DNA of 64,000 nt from Parcubacteria group bacterium (GCA_041660065.1 JBAZXC010000005.1:292-64291); one strand, 5' to 3'; numbered from the stretch's first letter, positions 53,140 to 62,766 are shown. Made by a program: numbers and translations. The notes: generated from the sequence alone by a model not told the origin.

Positions 53140-53367
53140 ATGGAAAATTTAAAAAATGGTATTTATCAGCACTATAAGGGGAAGCGGTACGAAGTGATCG
53201 GCGTGGCGCGCCATAGTGAGACATTGGAGGAGTTGGTGGTATATCGTGCGCTGTATCACTCGGAAGAATGTGGGGACAATGCGATGTGGGTACGGCCAAA
53301 GAGCATGTTTTGTGAGATGGTAGAGATCGGCGGAGTAAAAAAACCACGGTTTCAGTTTATTAAATAA
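53140..53367 (+). CDS. DUF1653-like small protein
   Basis: 'GIYQHYKGKRYEV' N-terminal motif; 75 aa. Confidence 0.5.
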   Translation: MENLKNGIYQHYKGKRYEVIGVARHSETLEELVVYRALYHSEECGDNAMWVRPKSMFCEMVEIGGVKKPRFQFIK

Positions 53368-53386
53368 ATTTTTATACGTAATTTAA

Positions 53387-53420
53387 CCCCCTCTCCCTTA
53401 GGGAGAGGGCGGGGTGAGGG
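53387..53420 (+). repeat. hairpin plus G-tract element, copy 2 (CCCTCTCCC-tta-GGGAGAGGGCGGGGTGAGGG)
   Basis: 7 nt upstream of the ATG at 53428. Confidence 0.45.
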
Positions 53421-53427
53421 CAAAAAT

Positions 53428-54147
53428 ATGGCACAAAAAAATATTCTCGGAGACTTGCGCAAGGAATTGCGCAAAAATGCTGACAAAGACGTCAAAAAAA
53501 GTGGAGAGCGATTTTTTAAGGAGGATGTAAAGTTTTATGGTATCAAAACGGCGACAGTGGCAAAAATCGCAAAAAAATATTTTTCTTTGATCAAAGATCT
53601 GCAGAAAAAGGAAATCTTTGATCTTTGCGAAGAGTTGTGGCAATCAGGATATATGGAGGAGTCATTTATCGCATGCAATTGGTCATATTCCCTACGAAAG
53701 AATTATGAGAAGAAAGATCTCAGAGTTTTTGAAAAATGGGTAAAAAATTATGTATCAAACTGGGCATCATGTGACACATTGTGCAATCATACGATCGGCA
53801 CGACCGTGGAAATGTATCCGGAGCATATCGCAGATCTCAAAAAGTGGGCACGATCCAAAAATCGTTGGGTGCGCCGAGCGTCGGCGGTGACGCTCATTGT
53901 GCCGGCAAAGAAAGGGAAATTTCTTTCGGATATTTTTGCAATTGCGGATATATTGCTTACAGACAGTGATGATATGGTGCAAAAAGGCTATGGATGGATG
54001 CTCAAAGTGGCAAGTCAGGCACATCAAAAAGAGGTCTTTGATTACGTGATGCAAAACAAATCTGTGATGCCACGCACAGCACTGCGTTATGCGATCGAAA
54101 AAATGCCCAAAGAGCTAAAAGAGCAGGCGATGATGAGGTCTGTATAG
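53428..54147 (+). CDS. DNA alkylation repair protein (AlkD-like HEAT-repeat glycosylase family)
   Basis: 239 aa with 'WASCDTLC', 'WVRRASAVTLIVPAKKG' and 'GYGWMLKV' motifs of the DNA_alkylation family. Confidence 0.65.
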   Translation: MAQKNILGDLRKELRKNADKDVKKSGERFFKEDVKFYGIKTATVAKIAKKYFSLIKDLQKKEIFDLCEELWQSGYMEESFIACNWSYSLRKNYEKKDLRVFEKWVKNYVSNWASCDTLCNHTIGTTVEMYPEHIADLKKWARSKNRWVRRASAVTLIVPAKKGKFLSDIFAIADILLTDSDDMVQKGYGWMLKVASQAHQKEVFDYVMQNKSVMPRTALRYAIEKMPKELKEQAMMRSV

Positions 54148-54254
54148 GATTTTATGTGGGTAAGCCTAAAAATTGCACGAAAACAAGAGATGTTGACTAA
54201 TTCACCCAAATAGTATATATTAAGGATAGTTAATTCACCTAAATATTAAAGATT

Positions 54255-55382
54255 ATGATAATCAAAAGGATCATCCAAGAACCCATTGAAAAAGATCTTT
54301 TTGGTGGGAAAGCAATCATTATTTATGGGGCGAGACAAGTGGGAAAAACCACTTTAGTAAAGCAAATCCAAAAAAAATATCTCAATGAATCACTGTATAT
54401 CAACTGTGATGAGCCTGATGTGCAGCAATCTTTGACCGGTAAGACATCCACTGAACTCTTTCACTTTTTTCAGGGAAAGAGGCTGATTATCATTGATGAA
54501 GCGCAAAGGGTGGAAAATATTGGCATGACGCTGAAGTTGATCGTGGATAATTATCCAGGAATTCAAGTGGTGGCTACCGGGTCTTCGTCTTTTGAATTAT
54601 CAAACAAGATCGTAGAACCGCTTACGGGGCGGGCTATAGAATATACGTTATATCCTTTTTCTGTGGAAGAACTTCAAACAATATATGATCCAATAGAAAT
54701 GAAGAGGCTTTTAGAGACACGCATGTTGTTTGGAAGTTATCCGGCGATGGTAATGGGTGAAAAAAATAGAGAAAGAACACTGATCACATTGGCAAATAAT
54801 TATACGCATAAGGACATCTTGCAATATCACAACATCAAAAATCCGGAGGTTCTGATCAAGTTGTTGCAAGCGCTGGCCTTGCAAATAGGCAATGAGGTTT
54901 CATATAATGAATTGGCGAGCTTGGTAGGCATAGATAAAGTTACCGTTGCCAGCTATATCCAGCTATTAGAAAAAGCTTTTATCATCTTTCGTCTCAATCC
55001 ATTCAGTCGGAATCTGCGAAATGAGTTGAAAAAAATGAGAAAGATTTACTTTTATGATACAGGCATAAGGAATGCGCTCATCAATAATTTTAATACGCTG
55101 GATATTCGCCAAGATGTGGGAGCGCTGTGGGAAAATTATGTGATCAGCGAAAGAATAAAAAGCAACAACAATCATTTTCAAAACAAAAATATGTATTTTT
55201 GGCGTACCTGGGATCAAAAAGAAATTGACTTGGTGGAAGAACGGGGTGGTGTTCTTAGTGCCTTTGAAGTCAAATGGAAGGTTAAGAAATCAAAAGTGCC
55301 TAAAGATTTTTTGGATGCTTATCAAAATTCAAATTTTATTTTGATCAATAGGGATAATTTTTTGGATATATTTCACAATTAA
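54255..55382 (+). CDS. AAA+ superfamily ATPase with C-terminal DUF4143-like domain
   Basis: 'IIIYGARQVGKTTL' Walker A and 'LIIIDEAQ' Walker B; COG1373-type architecture. Confidence 0.65.
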   Translation: MIIKRIIQEPIEKDLFGGKAIIIYGARQVGKTTLVKQIQKKYLNESLYINCDEPDVQQSLTGKTSTELFHFFQGKRLIIIDEAQRVENIGMTLKLIVDNYPGIQVVATGSSSFELSNKIVEPLTGRAIEYTLYPFSVEELQTIYDPIEMKRLLETRMLFGSYPAMVMGEKNRERTLITLANNYTHKDILQYHNIKNPEVLIKLLQALALQIGNEVSYNELASLVGIDKVTVASYIQLLEKAFIIFRLNPFSRNLRNELKKMRKIYFYDTGIRNALINNFNTLDIRQDVGALWENYVISERIKSNNNHFQNKNMYFWRTWDQKEIDLVEERGGVLSAFEVKWKVKKSKVPKDFLDAYQNSNFILINRDNFLDIFHN

Positions 55383-55396
55383 TTTTTTTTTGAGCT

Positions 55397-57541
55397 ATGA
55401 GAACTATTCTAAAAAAATACTTTGGCTTTGAGGAGTTTCGACCATTGCAAAAAGAGATCATAGAAAATGTTTTGGCGGGGAAAGATACATTTGTTTTGAT
55501 GCCGACCGGTGGAGGAAAGTCATTGTGCTATCAGTTGCCTGCATTGAAGTTTCCGGGGATCACGCTCGTCATTTCACCGCTGATCGCTCTCATGAAAGAT
55601 CAGGTGGATGCACTGCGTGCCAATGGTGTGTCTGCGGAATTCTTGAATTCCTCGCTGTCTCTTGATGAGATCCAGAGGATCCAAAAAGATGCACTTGCCG
55701 GGCATATCAAGATTCTCTATATCGCACCGGAGCGGATGTCGTTGGCAGGGTTTGAGAATTTTTTGAAAAAATTACAACCAAGCCTCATCGCCGTGGATGA
55801 AGCGCATTGTATCTCCGAATGGGGACATGATTTCCGTCCGGAATACCGCAATCTCAAAAGATTAAAGGACATTTTCCCCGGTGTGCCGGTTATCGCTCTT
55901 ACGGCAACCGCAACAGAAAAGGTGCGTCAGGATATTTTGGACCAACTCGGGTTTGATGATTCCAATGTTTTTATTTCCAGTTTTGATCGGGCAAATCTTT
56001 TTTTCCGTGTGGTAGAAAAAAAGAATGCGTTTGACAAGCTCTTGCAACTGCTCAAGGATCGCAAAAACGAATCGATCATTATTTATTGCTTTTCACGTAA
56101 AGATACGGAAAATATCGCCCAAAATCTCCGTGCGGAAGGATTCTCTGCGCTGGCATATCATGCGGGATTGGATGCAGAAAGCAGGAAAAAAACACAAGAG
56201 GCGTTTATCAGAGATGAAACAAATATTATTGTTGCAACGATTGCATTTGGGATGGGCATTGATAAGCCAAACGTGCGACTCGTTGTGCATTATACATTTC
56301 CCAAGTCTCTTGAGGGGTATTATCAAGAAATTGGTCGTGCCGGTCGTGATGGGTTGCCGGGGGAGTGTGTGATGTTCTATACATATGCGGATGCGCGCAA
56401 ACATCAATATTTTTTGAATGACATTGCAGATGAAAATATCAAAAAGCAAACCGAACAAAAGTTGCGTGAAGTGATGGAATATGCGGATCTCAATTCTTGC
56501 AGAAGGCGTCATCTCCTCTCATATTTTGGCGAGAAATACGAGGAAGAAAACTGTGGCGGATGCGATGAATGTCTTTCGGAAAAAGAAGTTTTTGATGCAA
56601 CAACTGTTACGCAAAAAATTCTTTCAGCAGTCATTCGTACGGGTTCGCGTTTTGGTGCGGGGTATATCGCTGATGTTCTCGTGGGCAAAAACATCAAACA
56701 GATACGGGATCGCGGGCATGACACGCTTTCTGTCTATGGCATTGTCAAAGACTTTTCCGCAGGACAGTTGCGTGAGATCATGCGATCGCTCGTTGGCGCG
56801 GGTATTTTACAAAAAGCACAAGGGGATTATCCGATAGTGGAGATCACAAATAAAGGGAAAAAGTTTCTCAATGACACAGAAAAAATATTTCTCCCAAAAC
56901 CGAAAGAAGAGGTTTTGACAAAGAGAATAAAAGATCAAGGCAATTTTGCGTATGATGAAGTGTTGTTTGATCAATTACGAGCATTGCGCAAGAGCATTGC
57001 AAACGATATGAATGTGCCGCCGTTTGTGGTGTTCTCCGATGTATCACTTCGTGAGATGGCGCACGATTTCCCCGTAGATGAGAAAAGCTTCTTGCAGATT
57101 ACCGGCGTGGGTGAGCAGAAATTGAAGAATTTTGGTCAGACATTTTTGCAAGAAATACGGACATATGTGGATAAAAATGATGTACAATCAAAAGATCTCA
57201 ATAAGAATTCTCAACAAAGAAAAATCAAAAAAACACGCACAGTGAATGTAAAGGGTGGAACATATCACATCACCAAAGATCTGCTAAAACAAAAAATGTC
57301 GATTGCAGACATCGCACAGGAGCGCGGACTCGCGGAAAGTACGATCATTGCGCATATCGAAAAATTGATCGCTTCTGATGAGCGTGTGGACATCGCATAT
57401 CTCAAACCGTCAAAAAAGGTCTTTGATGAAATGCAAAAGGCTTTCGTGCAATGTAAAACAGAAGCATTGAGCCCCGTATTTGAACATTTGAATAAAAAAT
57501 ATCCATATGATCTGTTGCGATTGGTGAGATTATTTTTATAA
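55397..57541 (+). CDS. recQ: ATP-dependent DNA helicase RecQ
   Basis: Helicase motifs ('[13 protein letters not shown]', '[14 protein letters not shown]'), an RQC zinc motif ('[12 protein letters not shown]...CGGCDEC') and a C-terminal HRDC domain. Confidence 0.9.
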   Translation: MRTILKKYFGFEEFRPLQKEIIENVLAGKDTFVLMPTGGGKSLCYQLPALKFPGITLVISPLIALMKDQVDALRANGVSAEFLNSSLSLDEIQRIQKDALAGHIKILYIAPERMSLAGFENFLKKLQPSLIAVDEAHCISEWGHDFRPEYRNLKRLKDIFPGVPVIALTATATEKVRQDILDQLGFDDSNVFISSFDRANLFFRVVEKKNAFDKLLQLLKDRKNESIIIYCFSRKDTENIAQNLRAEGFSALAYHAGLDAESRKKTQEAFIRDETNIIVATIAFGMGIDKPNVRLVVHYTFPKSLEGYYQEIGRAGRDGLPGECVMFYTYADARKHQYFLNDIADENIKKQTEQKLREVMEYADLNSCRRRHLLSYFGEKYEEENCGGCDECLSEKEVFDATTVTQKILSAVIRTGSRFGAGYIADVLVGKNIKQIRDRGHDTLSVYGIVKDFSAGQLREIMRSLVGAGILQKAQGDYPIVEITNKGKKFLNDTEKIFLPKPKEEVLTKRIKDQGNFAYDEVLFDQLRALRKSIANDMNVPPFVVFSDVSLREMAHDFPVDEKSFLQITGVGEQKLKNFGQTFLQEIRTYVDKNDVQSKDLNKNSQQRKIKKTRTVNVKGGTYHITKDLLKQKMSIADIAQERGLAESTIIAHIEKLIASDERVDIAYLKPSKKVFDEMQKAFVQCKTEALSPVFEHLNKKYPYDLLRLVRLFL

Positions 57542-57652
57542 GTGGGGGAATGAGGAAAAAACGGACAATACTTTCAGTCATGCATGATATTTTTTATAAA
57601 ATACATGTTTCTGTTATGATATACTCAGGTAAAATTATAAACAATCAGATCT

Positions 57653-58303
57653 ATGATCAAGGCAATTATTTTTGACATGAATGGAGTGATTATTGATGAT
57701 GAACATGCGCATGAGATGGCGTTTCGAGATACGGTTAAAGAATATAAAATTGATCTTACACACGATGATTATCTTGCGTGTTGCGCAGGAAAAACGGATC
57801 GACGCGGATATGAGGATATTGCAAAAAAATTTCAGCAAGATCTGCCCGTTGATACTTTACTTGATCGTAAATGGAAGATTTATCCGCAACTATTTGAAAA
57901 ACACAAAAAAGCCTTTGAGGGTGTTGTGGAGCTCATTCGTGATCTTTCACAAAAATATACAATTGCACTTGCGTCCAGCGCTTCGCGTGATGAGGTTATT
58001 CTGATCACCAAAGAATTTGACGTGGAAAAATATTTTTCTGTGATGATTTCTGCAAATGATGTAGTCAACGGAAAACCACATCCGGAACCATATCTCAAAA
58101 CCGCAGAGCTGTTGCATGTTTCTCCCGTATCATGTGCGGTCATAGAAGATTCTCCGAGTGGTGTGCGTGCGGCAAAATCTGCAGGCTGTTATTGCATTGC
58201 AATCACAACGACACATACAAAAGAAGATTTGCGAGAGGCGGATGTGATCGTCGGATCTTTCGCAGATATTGATGATGTTCTAATCAATAAATTGGGAGTA
58301 TAA
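57653..58303 (+). CDS. HAD-family hydrolase (beta-phosphoglucomutase-like)
   Basis: 'IIFDMNGVIID' motif I; 'EDSPSGVRAAKSAG' motif IV region. Confidence 0.75.
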   Translation: MIKAIIFDMNGVIIDDEHAHEMAFRDTVKEYKIDLTHDDYLACCAGKTDRRGYEDIAKKFQQDLPVDTLLDRKWKIYPQLFEKHKKAFEGVVELIRDLSQKYTIALASSASRDEVILITKEFDVEKYFSVMISANDVVNGKPHPEPYLKTAELLHVSPVSCAVIEDSPSGVRAAKSAGCYCIAITTTHTKEDLREADVIVGSFADIDDVLINKLGV

Positions 58304-58306
58304 AAT

Positions 58307-58963
58307 ATGTTGGATCAAAAAGAAATAATCCAAAAAACCGTTGCATATGTCCAAAGTGCGCTTTTGCAGGCGGATGGGGCACATGACTGGTGGCATGTGT
58401 ATCGTGTGTGGCAATTGGCAAAGCATATCGCGAAAGAAGAGGGTGCGGACACGTTTGTGATCGAATTAAGCGCATTATTGCATGATGTCGCAGATGCAAA
58501 ACTGTATGGAGGCGATGAAGAGATCGGAGTGAGAAGGATCAGAGAATTTTTGTCGTCAGTTGATATTTCCACTGATGTGATCGAGCGTGTAATAAATATC
58601 ATTATACACCTCTCATTTCGCGAAACTTTTCACGAGAAAGAATATAAGTCTGTAGAACTTTTTGTTGTACAAGACGCCGATCGATTGGATGCATTGGGCG
58701 CTATTGGCATTGCACGAGCATTTAGCTATGGAGAACGTAAGGGATGCAAAATACACGATCCGCAGATCAAGCCAAATTTACAAATGACGAAAGAACAATA
58801 TGTAAAAAGGGAGTCAACGACGATCAACCACTTCTACGAGAAATTGCTTTTATTAAAAGATCAAATGAACACAAAAACAGGCAAAGTCATTGCACAAGAA
58901 AGGCATGCGTTTATGGAACAATATCTCGCAGAATTTTATAAAGAGTGGGAAGGTAAAAAATAA
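58307..58963 (+). CDS. HD-domain phosphohydrolase
   Basis: 'WWHVYRVWQLA...LLHDVAD' H...HD motif. Confidence 0.7.
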   Translation: MLDQKEIIQKTVAYVQSALLQADGAHDWWHVYRVWQLAKHIAKEEGADTFVIELSALLHDVADAKLYGGDEEIGVRRIREFLSSVDISTDVIERVINIIIHLSFRETFHEKEYKSVELFVVQDADRLDALGAIGIARAFSYGERKGCKIHDPQIKPNLQMTKEQYVKRESTTINHFYEKLLLLKDQMNTKTGKVIAQERHAFMEQYLAEFYKEWEGKK

Positions 58964-58981
58964 TAATAAAAATAATTTTTT

Positions 58982-59143
58982 ATGAAAATATATTTTGCGG
59001 GGTCAATTCGTGGCGGGAGAGGTGATAAAGAATTGTATTTGCAGCTCATTCGGTATATCAGTAAATATTTGGGCAAGAGCAGGTTTGTAACCTGCTCCTT
59101 TCATTTTTTTTGTGCTACAATATTTTTAGTTGAGATCATTTAA
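58982..59143 (+). pseudogene. remnant of a nucleoside 2-deoxyribosyltransferase/DNPH1(Rcl)-like gene, truncated after ~31 codons by repeat insertion
   Basis: Opening 'MKIYFAGSIRGGRGDKELYLQLIRYISKYLG' matches the conserved N-terminus of the DNPH1/Rcl family. The frame then reads through the terminator hairpin (59077-59098) and stops at 59143. Confidence 0.35.
59077..59110 (+). terminator. intrinsic terminator, hairpin-family member
   Basis: AGAGCAGGTT-tgt-AACCTGCTCC followed by TTTCATTTTTTTT. Confidence 0.5.
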
Positions 59144-59250
59144 TTTCCATGTCATGCTGAACTTGTTTCAGCATCTATATAAGCCATAGATGTGAGATCC
59201 TGAAACAAGTTCAGGATGACAGAAGTTTGCTTTTAATAATCGCTTATATA
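59133..59250. repeat. copy 2 (inverted orientation) of the ~110-bp repeat element with internal 26-bp inverted repeat
   Basis: TGTCATGCTGAACTTGTTTCAGCATC at 59150-59175 and GATCCTGAAACAAGTTCAGGATGACA at 59196-59221. The loop and flanks are the reverse complement of copy 1 at 45131..45238. Confidence 0.65.
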
Positions 59251-59374
59251 AAAGAAAAAATGACATTTATATTAAACTAATCAGTTGAAAAGAATCAGAA
59301 AAAGCACTGTGATGAAACCAGATGATCGGCAAATGATTTATGTGAGTTAGAAATTGGTGAAATGTAAAATGTGT

Positions 59375-59397
59375 GGAGCAGGTTGCAAACCTGCTCC
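59375..59397 (+). repeat. hairpin-family member without U tract, upstream of tatD
   Basis: GGAGCAGGTT-gca-AACCTGCTCC. Confidence 0.3.
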
Positions 59398-59426
59398 TGC
59401 TCGATTATCTTAATATGTGGCAAATT

Positions 59427-60251
59427 ATGAATGAACAAAAAATTCCGATGATCGATTCACATATGCATCTTCATGATGTGAAGTTTGATCATGATCGCGT
59501 GGATGTGATCGCACGCGCGCATGATGCGGGCATGGTGCAGATGATCACTGTGGGGACAAATCAAGAGTCATCACAACGTGCTGTGGATCTCGCGCATGCG
59601 GAGAAAGACGTTTTTGCGACAATCGGGTTGCACCCGCTTCATCTTTTTTCTGCGAGCAATTGTGATCCGGAAGAGCAGTTCATCGAAGAATTTGATCATG
59701 ATTTTTATTATTCACTTGCGCAAGATGATCGCGTGGTGGCGATTGGGGAAGTTGGTTTGGATTATCACCATTTTGGAGAGGGAGATGATATAGAGATGAT
59801 CAAGGAAAAGCAACGAGAGGTTTTCAAAGAATGTATTGTAATGTGCAATGACGTCCGCAAGCCGATCGTGGTGCACTGCTGGGATGGGTATGAAGAACTT
59901 GTCGATATTTTGACACAATTTCCGGTAGAAAAACGTGGTGTGATCCACAGTTATATCGGCAGTTGGAAAAATGCGGAGAAATTCATTGCACTGGGCTACA
60001 AGATCGGGGTGAATGGAATCGTGACATATGGGGACTCTTACGATAAATTATTGCGTAATATTGATTTGAAAGATCTCCTTATCGAGACAGATTGCCCTTA
60101 TCTACCACCGCGCCCATTGCCACGCGAAAACCGCTGTGAACCACGCGATGTGTATTATGTTGCACAAAAGATCGCCGATGTAAAAGACCTGTCAACAGAA
60201 GAAATATTGCAGACAACAACAAAAAATGCCAAAGAAGTTTTCCATATTTAG
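59427..60251 (+). CDS. tatD: TatD-family metal-dependent DNase/hydrolase
   Basis: 'MIDSHMHLHD' N-terminal His motif. ATG 59427 chosen because the longer ORF would read through the upstream hairpin. Confidence 0.8.
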   Translation: MNEQKIPMIDSHMHLHDVKFDHDRVDVIARAHDAGMVQMITVGTNQESSQRAVDLAHAEKDVFATIGLHPLHLFSASNCDPEEQFIEEFDHDFYYSLAQDDRVVAIGEVGLDYHHFGEGDDIEMIKEKQREVFKECIVMCNDVRKPIVVHCWDGYEELVDILTQFPVEKRGVIHSYIGSWKNAEKFIALGYKIGVNGIVTYGDSYDKLLRNIDLKDLLIETDCPYLPPRPLPRENRCEPRDVYYVAQKIADVKDLSTEEILQTTTKNAKEVFHI

Positions 60252-60313
60252 ACAGGTCTTTCCTTGATTTTGTAAATTTGTTGTATAATGAGAGCACAGA
60301 GAATAATTTAGGC

Positions 60314-61168
60314 ATGACAAAATTTTTTATGGAAGGAAATAGGGAATTTAATAGTCCACAACCAGATAATGATTCTCAGAAAGAGCAATTGCAACAGGAA
60401 AAGGAATCGATGAGAAAAAGAGTGGAGGCTTTGCGAGAGACTGACAGTCCGTATGATGACTCCGTCTATAATATTGCAGAAAAGGAAGGAGACTACAGAA
60501 AAGTATTATCTCGTGGGAATATACCAAGCGTGACAGCTGAGGAGTTGGCGAATCTCTATTCCAATGAAACATTGGAAAAGATCGAAGCGGAAAAAGCTAA
60601 ATGGATCGATGATCTGACGGGATTGCAAAATCGAACGGCATTTGTACATGAAGTGAAAAAATATCTTACGCTTGAAAAGCGAACGGAAAGTGAAGTTGCT
60701 TTTCTTATGATCGACTTCGATCATTTTAAAAGAGTGAATGATGAGCAAGGTCATGATGCGGGCGATGTTGCATTAGAGAAAATTGCACGAATTATTGATA
60801 GGACAGTGCGTGATTCCGATATCGTATATCGTTATGGAGGAGAAGAATTTATGGTGCTTTTGCCAAATACGGATTCACGATCAGCTCTCATATTGGCTGA
60901 ACGTATACGATCTTCAGTAGAAAATTCAGATATTACAGTTACTGATAATGAAGGAAAAGAAGTGACTTTAAAAAAGACGGTGAGCATAGGTTGTGTGGGC
61001 ACAGATCAAATTGCAGATTGGCAGGATTTGAGTAAAAAAGATATGGAACAACTGTTGAATAAGATCACAAACTTTGCGGATCGAGCGATGTACACCTCAA
61101 AGATTTGTGGAAGGAATCGTGTGACGCTGTTTGATGAAACGTTGGTTGATGTCGCAAAAAAGAAATAA
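60314..61168 (+). CDS. GGDEF-domain diguanylate cyclase with ~130-aa N-terminal coiled-coil region
   Basis: 'RYGGEEFMVLLPN' active-site motif. The track start at 60278 sits inside a TATAAT -10 element at 60283-60288, so ATG 60314 is preferred. Confidence 0.75.
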   Translation: MTKFFMEGNREFNSPQPDNDSQKEQLQQEKESMRKRVEALRETDSPYDDSVYNIAEKEGDYRKVLSRGNIPSVTAEELANLYSNETLEKIEAEKAKWIDDLTGLQNRTAFVHEVKKYLTLEKRTESEVAFLMIDFDHFKRVNDEQGHDAGDVALEKIARIIDRTVRDSDIVYRYGGEEFMVLLPNTDSRSALILAERIRSSVENSDITVTDNEGKEVTLKKTVSIGCVGTDQIADWQDLSKKDMEQLLNKITNFADRAMYTSKICGRNRVTLFDETLVDVAKKK

Positions 61169-61221
61169 AGGCGCAAAAAACACCTTCCTCGCACGGCGAG
61201 AGAAGGTGTTTCGTATTGTGA

Positions 61222-61569
61222 TCAGTGCGTCAGTTCTTTTTCATTGAGAATTCTCTCAATAGTGTCGGCAGAGGAAAAGATCCTCTCGACAGTTGCACGA
61301 AATCGCCCAAGTGAGCAATGATTGATGCGGAGCACACAATAAGGACGTTGATCCATGTGATCTTTTGCATCTGTGAGATGGATGAATATAAATCCCTCAT
61401 ACGGTCGCGCGGATTTTTTGTAAAGCCGCTGCGGATCCTTGATCTTTCGGCAGTAGACCTTCAATGCAATGTGGGTAAATCCACAAAAATTTGCGAGAAG
61501 ATCAGTAGGAATTGCAGCTTTTTTCCTTTTGATAACTTGGGCGCGACGTAGCATTTTGGGTTCAGGCAT
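61222..61569 (-). CDS. hypothetical protein, paralog of 61693..62031
   Basis: Shares 'IPT(D/E)...W/FTH..I...Y.RK' and 'GF(I/V)FI(H/F)L' blocks with its neighbour; ATG 61569 chosen. Confidence 0.45.
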   Translation of the reverse strand: MPEPKMLRRAQVIKRKKAAIPTDLLANFCGFTHIALKVYCRKIKDPQRLYKKSARPYEGFIFIHLTDAKDHMDQRPYCVLRINHCSLGRFRATVERIFSSADTIERILNEKELTH

Positions 61570-61692
61570 ACAGAGCTCCTTTGTTGGAATGATGGTAAAA
61601 AACGGGTTTTTATGATATGAGCATAATGCCAATCACTTTCTGTGTCAATAAAGTAAAACCCGTATCGTGTTCGATGCGGGTTTTGTAGGGGT

Positions 61693-62031
61693 TTAATTGA
61701 ATGCGCGTACAAGAGAATTATCCATATTTGTCGTGAGGCCGCGCACGTAACTTGCAAAATTTCTCCGTGTCATGCGTTTGATCTCGATCGTTCGTACAGG
61801 TTTTGCGTGTACGATGCCATTTTCTCTAGCGAGAAAGATGAATACAAAACCGAGAACTCTGCGAGATGTAATGAGCTTTCCTTTTGTGCTTTGTTTCTTC
61901 ACGCGTTTGTGATATGCGCAGATCTGGAAATGCGTCCATTTGGGAAAGCGTGAAACTATTTCAGTGGGAATAATGGGACATTCCGCATACACACACGCTT
62001 TTTCCAGAGCTTCCTTTCGAAGTAATGTCAT
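61693..62031 (-). CDS. hypothetical protein, paralog of 61222..61569
   Basis: 112-aa ORF immediately downstream (3' side) of tRNA-Leu on the same strand. Confidence 0.45.
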   Translation of the reverse strand: MTLLRKEALEKACVYAECPIIPTEIVSRFPKWTHFQICAYHKRVKKQSTKGKLITSRRVLGFVFIFLARENGIVHAKPVRTIEIKRMTRRNFASYVRGLTTNMDNSLVRAFN

Positions 62032-62234
62032 CGGTTACTCCTCATGTTTTGTGCATTATTGCATTTGTAAATGAACCGGATAATAAAAAAATCGCACGAC
62101 GCGAATTTTTTGTGTTGTATATTTTTATAAACACAAAAACCTCAAAAAGAGATTTTTATGTTTATTGTGCTGGAGACCCTCCTTCGCCGAAGGCTTCGGC
62201 AGGGCGAGGGATGATTTATGTATTTTTGTATTTG

Positions 62235-62318
62235 TGCTGGAGAGAGGACTTGAACCTCCACAGGATTGCTCCCGCCAGGGCCTAAACCTGGTGCGTCTAC
62301 CAATTCCGCCACCCCAGC
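62235..62318 (-). tRNA. tRNA-Leu(UAG), class II with long variable arm; 3' CCA not encoded
   Basis: Reverse complement reads GCTGGGGTGGCGGAATTGGTAGACGCACCAGGTTTAGGCCCTGGCGGGAGCAATCCTGTGGAGGTTCAAGTCCTCTCTCCAGCA. It has a 7-bp acceptor stem, a Leu-type D loop, anticodon loop UUUAGGC (anticodon UAG), and T loop GGTTCAAGTCC. Confidence 0.85.
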
Positions 62319-62424
62319 ATGGTGCTTCTGGAGAACAAAACAATCATATCAAAAAATGATGGCTGTGTCTAGTATAAAACGGTACTATTTCAAAAAAGAC
62401 GCAGGACAAAGCATCTTTGGGATA

Positions 62425-62721
62425 CTAGTGTATAAGTCCCTTCACGCGAGTCGCTTCTTGTTCCAGAGCGGGAGACTCTTCATATTCGCCGTGATGGCGG
62501 GTATCGTCACCGTAGGTGTATTTTTTGTGGTCAATGTGAAAACTGATATTGAGATCGCGTCCGGTGAGTGTCACATACATGTGGAATCGTGGAAAACCAC
62601 TACTGCCCATGATACGGACAAAGCTCATCTCGTTGTCTGCTGTATAGTGTTGAAATGTATATCCGGCACGTCGCAATGCCACGGCAGGATTTGTGGAAAT
62701 GTTTGGAATTGTGAAACGCAT
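62425..62721 (-). CDS. hypothetical 98-aa protein (start abuts the phased pentamer array, no SD)
   Basis: Protein-like composition (MRFTIPNIS...). The overlapping plus-strand ORF 62266..62745 runs through the tRNA and is low-complexity, so the minus-strand ORF is preferred. Confidence 0.35.
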   Translation of the reverse strand: MRFTIPNISTNPAVALRRAGYTFQHYTADNEMSFVRIMGSSGFPRFHMYVTLTGRDLNISFHIDHKKYTYGDDTRHHGEYEESPALEQEATRVKGLIH

Positions 62722-62726
62722 AAAAT

Positions 62727-62766
62727 TAGTATGTTAGTATATTAGACTTGTAGTATTGTAGTATAT
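62727..62766. repeat. array of five 8-bp-phased TAGTA/TAGAC pentamers (left member, locus 2)
   Basis: Five consecutive 8-bp units: tagtatgt, tagtatat, tagacttg, tagtattg, tagtatat. On the minus strand the array ends 5 nt before the ATG of the 98-aa gene. Confidence 0.6.

Noticed and set aside
52976-53347. 123-aa minus-strand ORF
   Set aside because: It overlaps the DUF1653 gene and the upstream hairpin plus G-tract element on the opposite strand. It has a Pro/Ser/His-rich low-complexity sequence and no RBS.
62266-62745. 159-aa plus-strand ORF
   Set aside because: It runs straight through the tRNA-Leu gene (62235-62318) and has a low-complexity, atypical composition. The opposite-strand 98-aa ORF with protein-like composition is preferred, though still uncertain.
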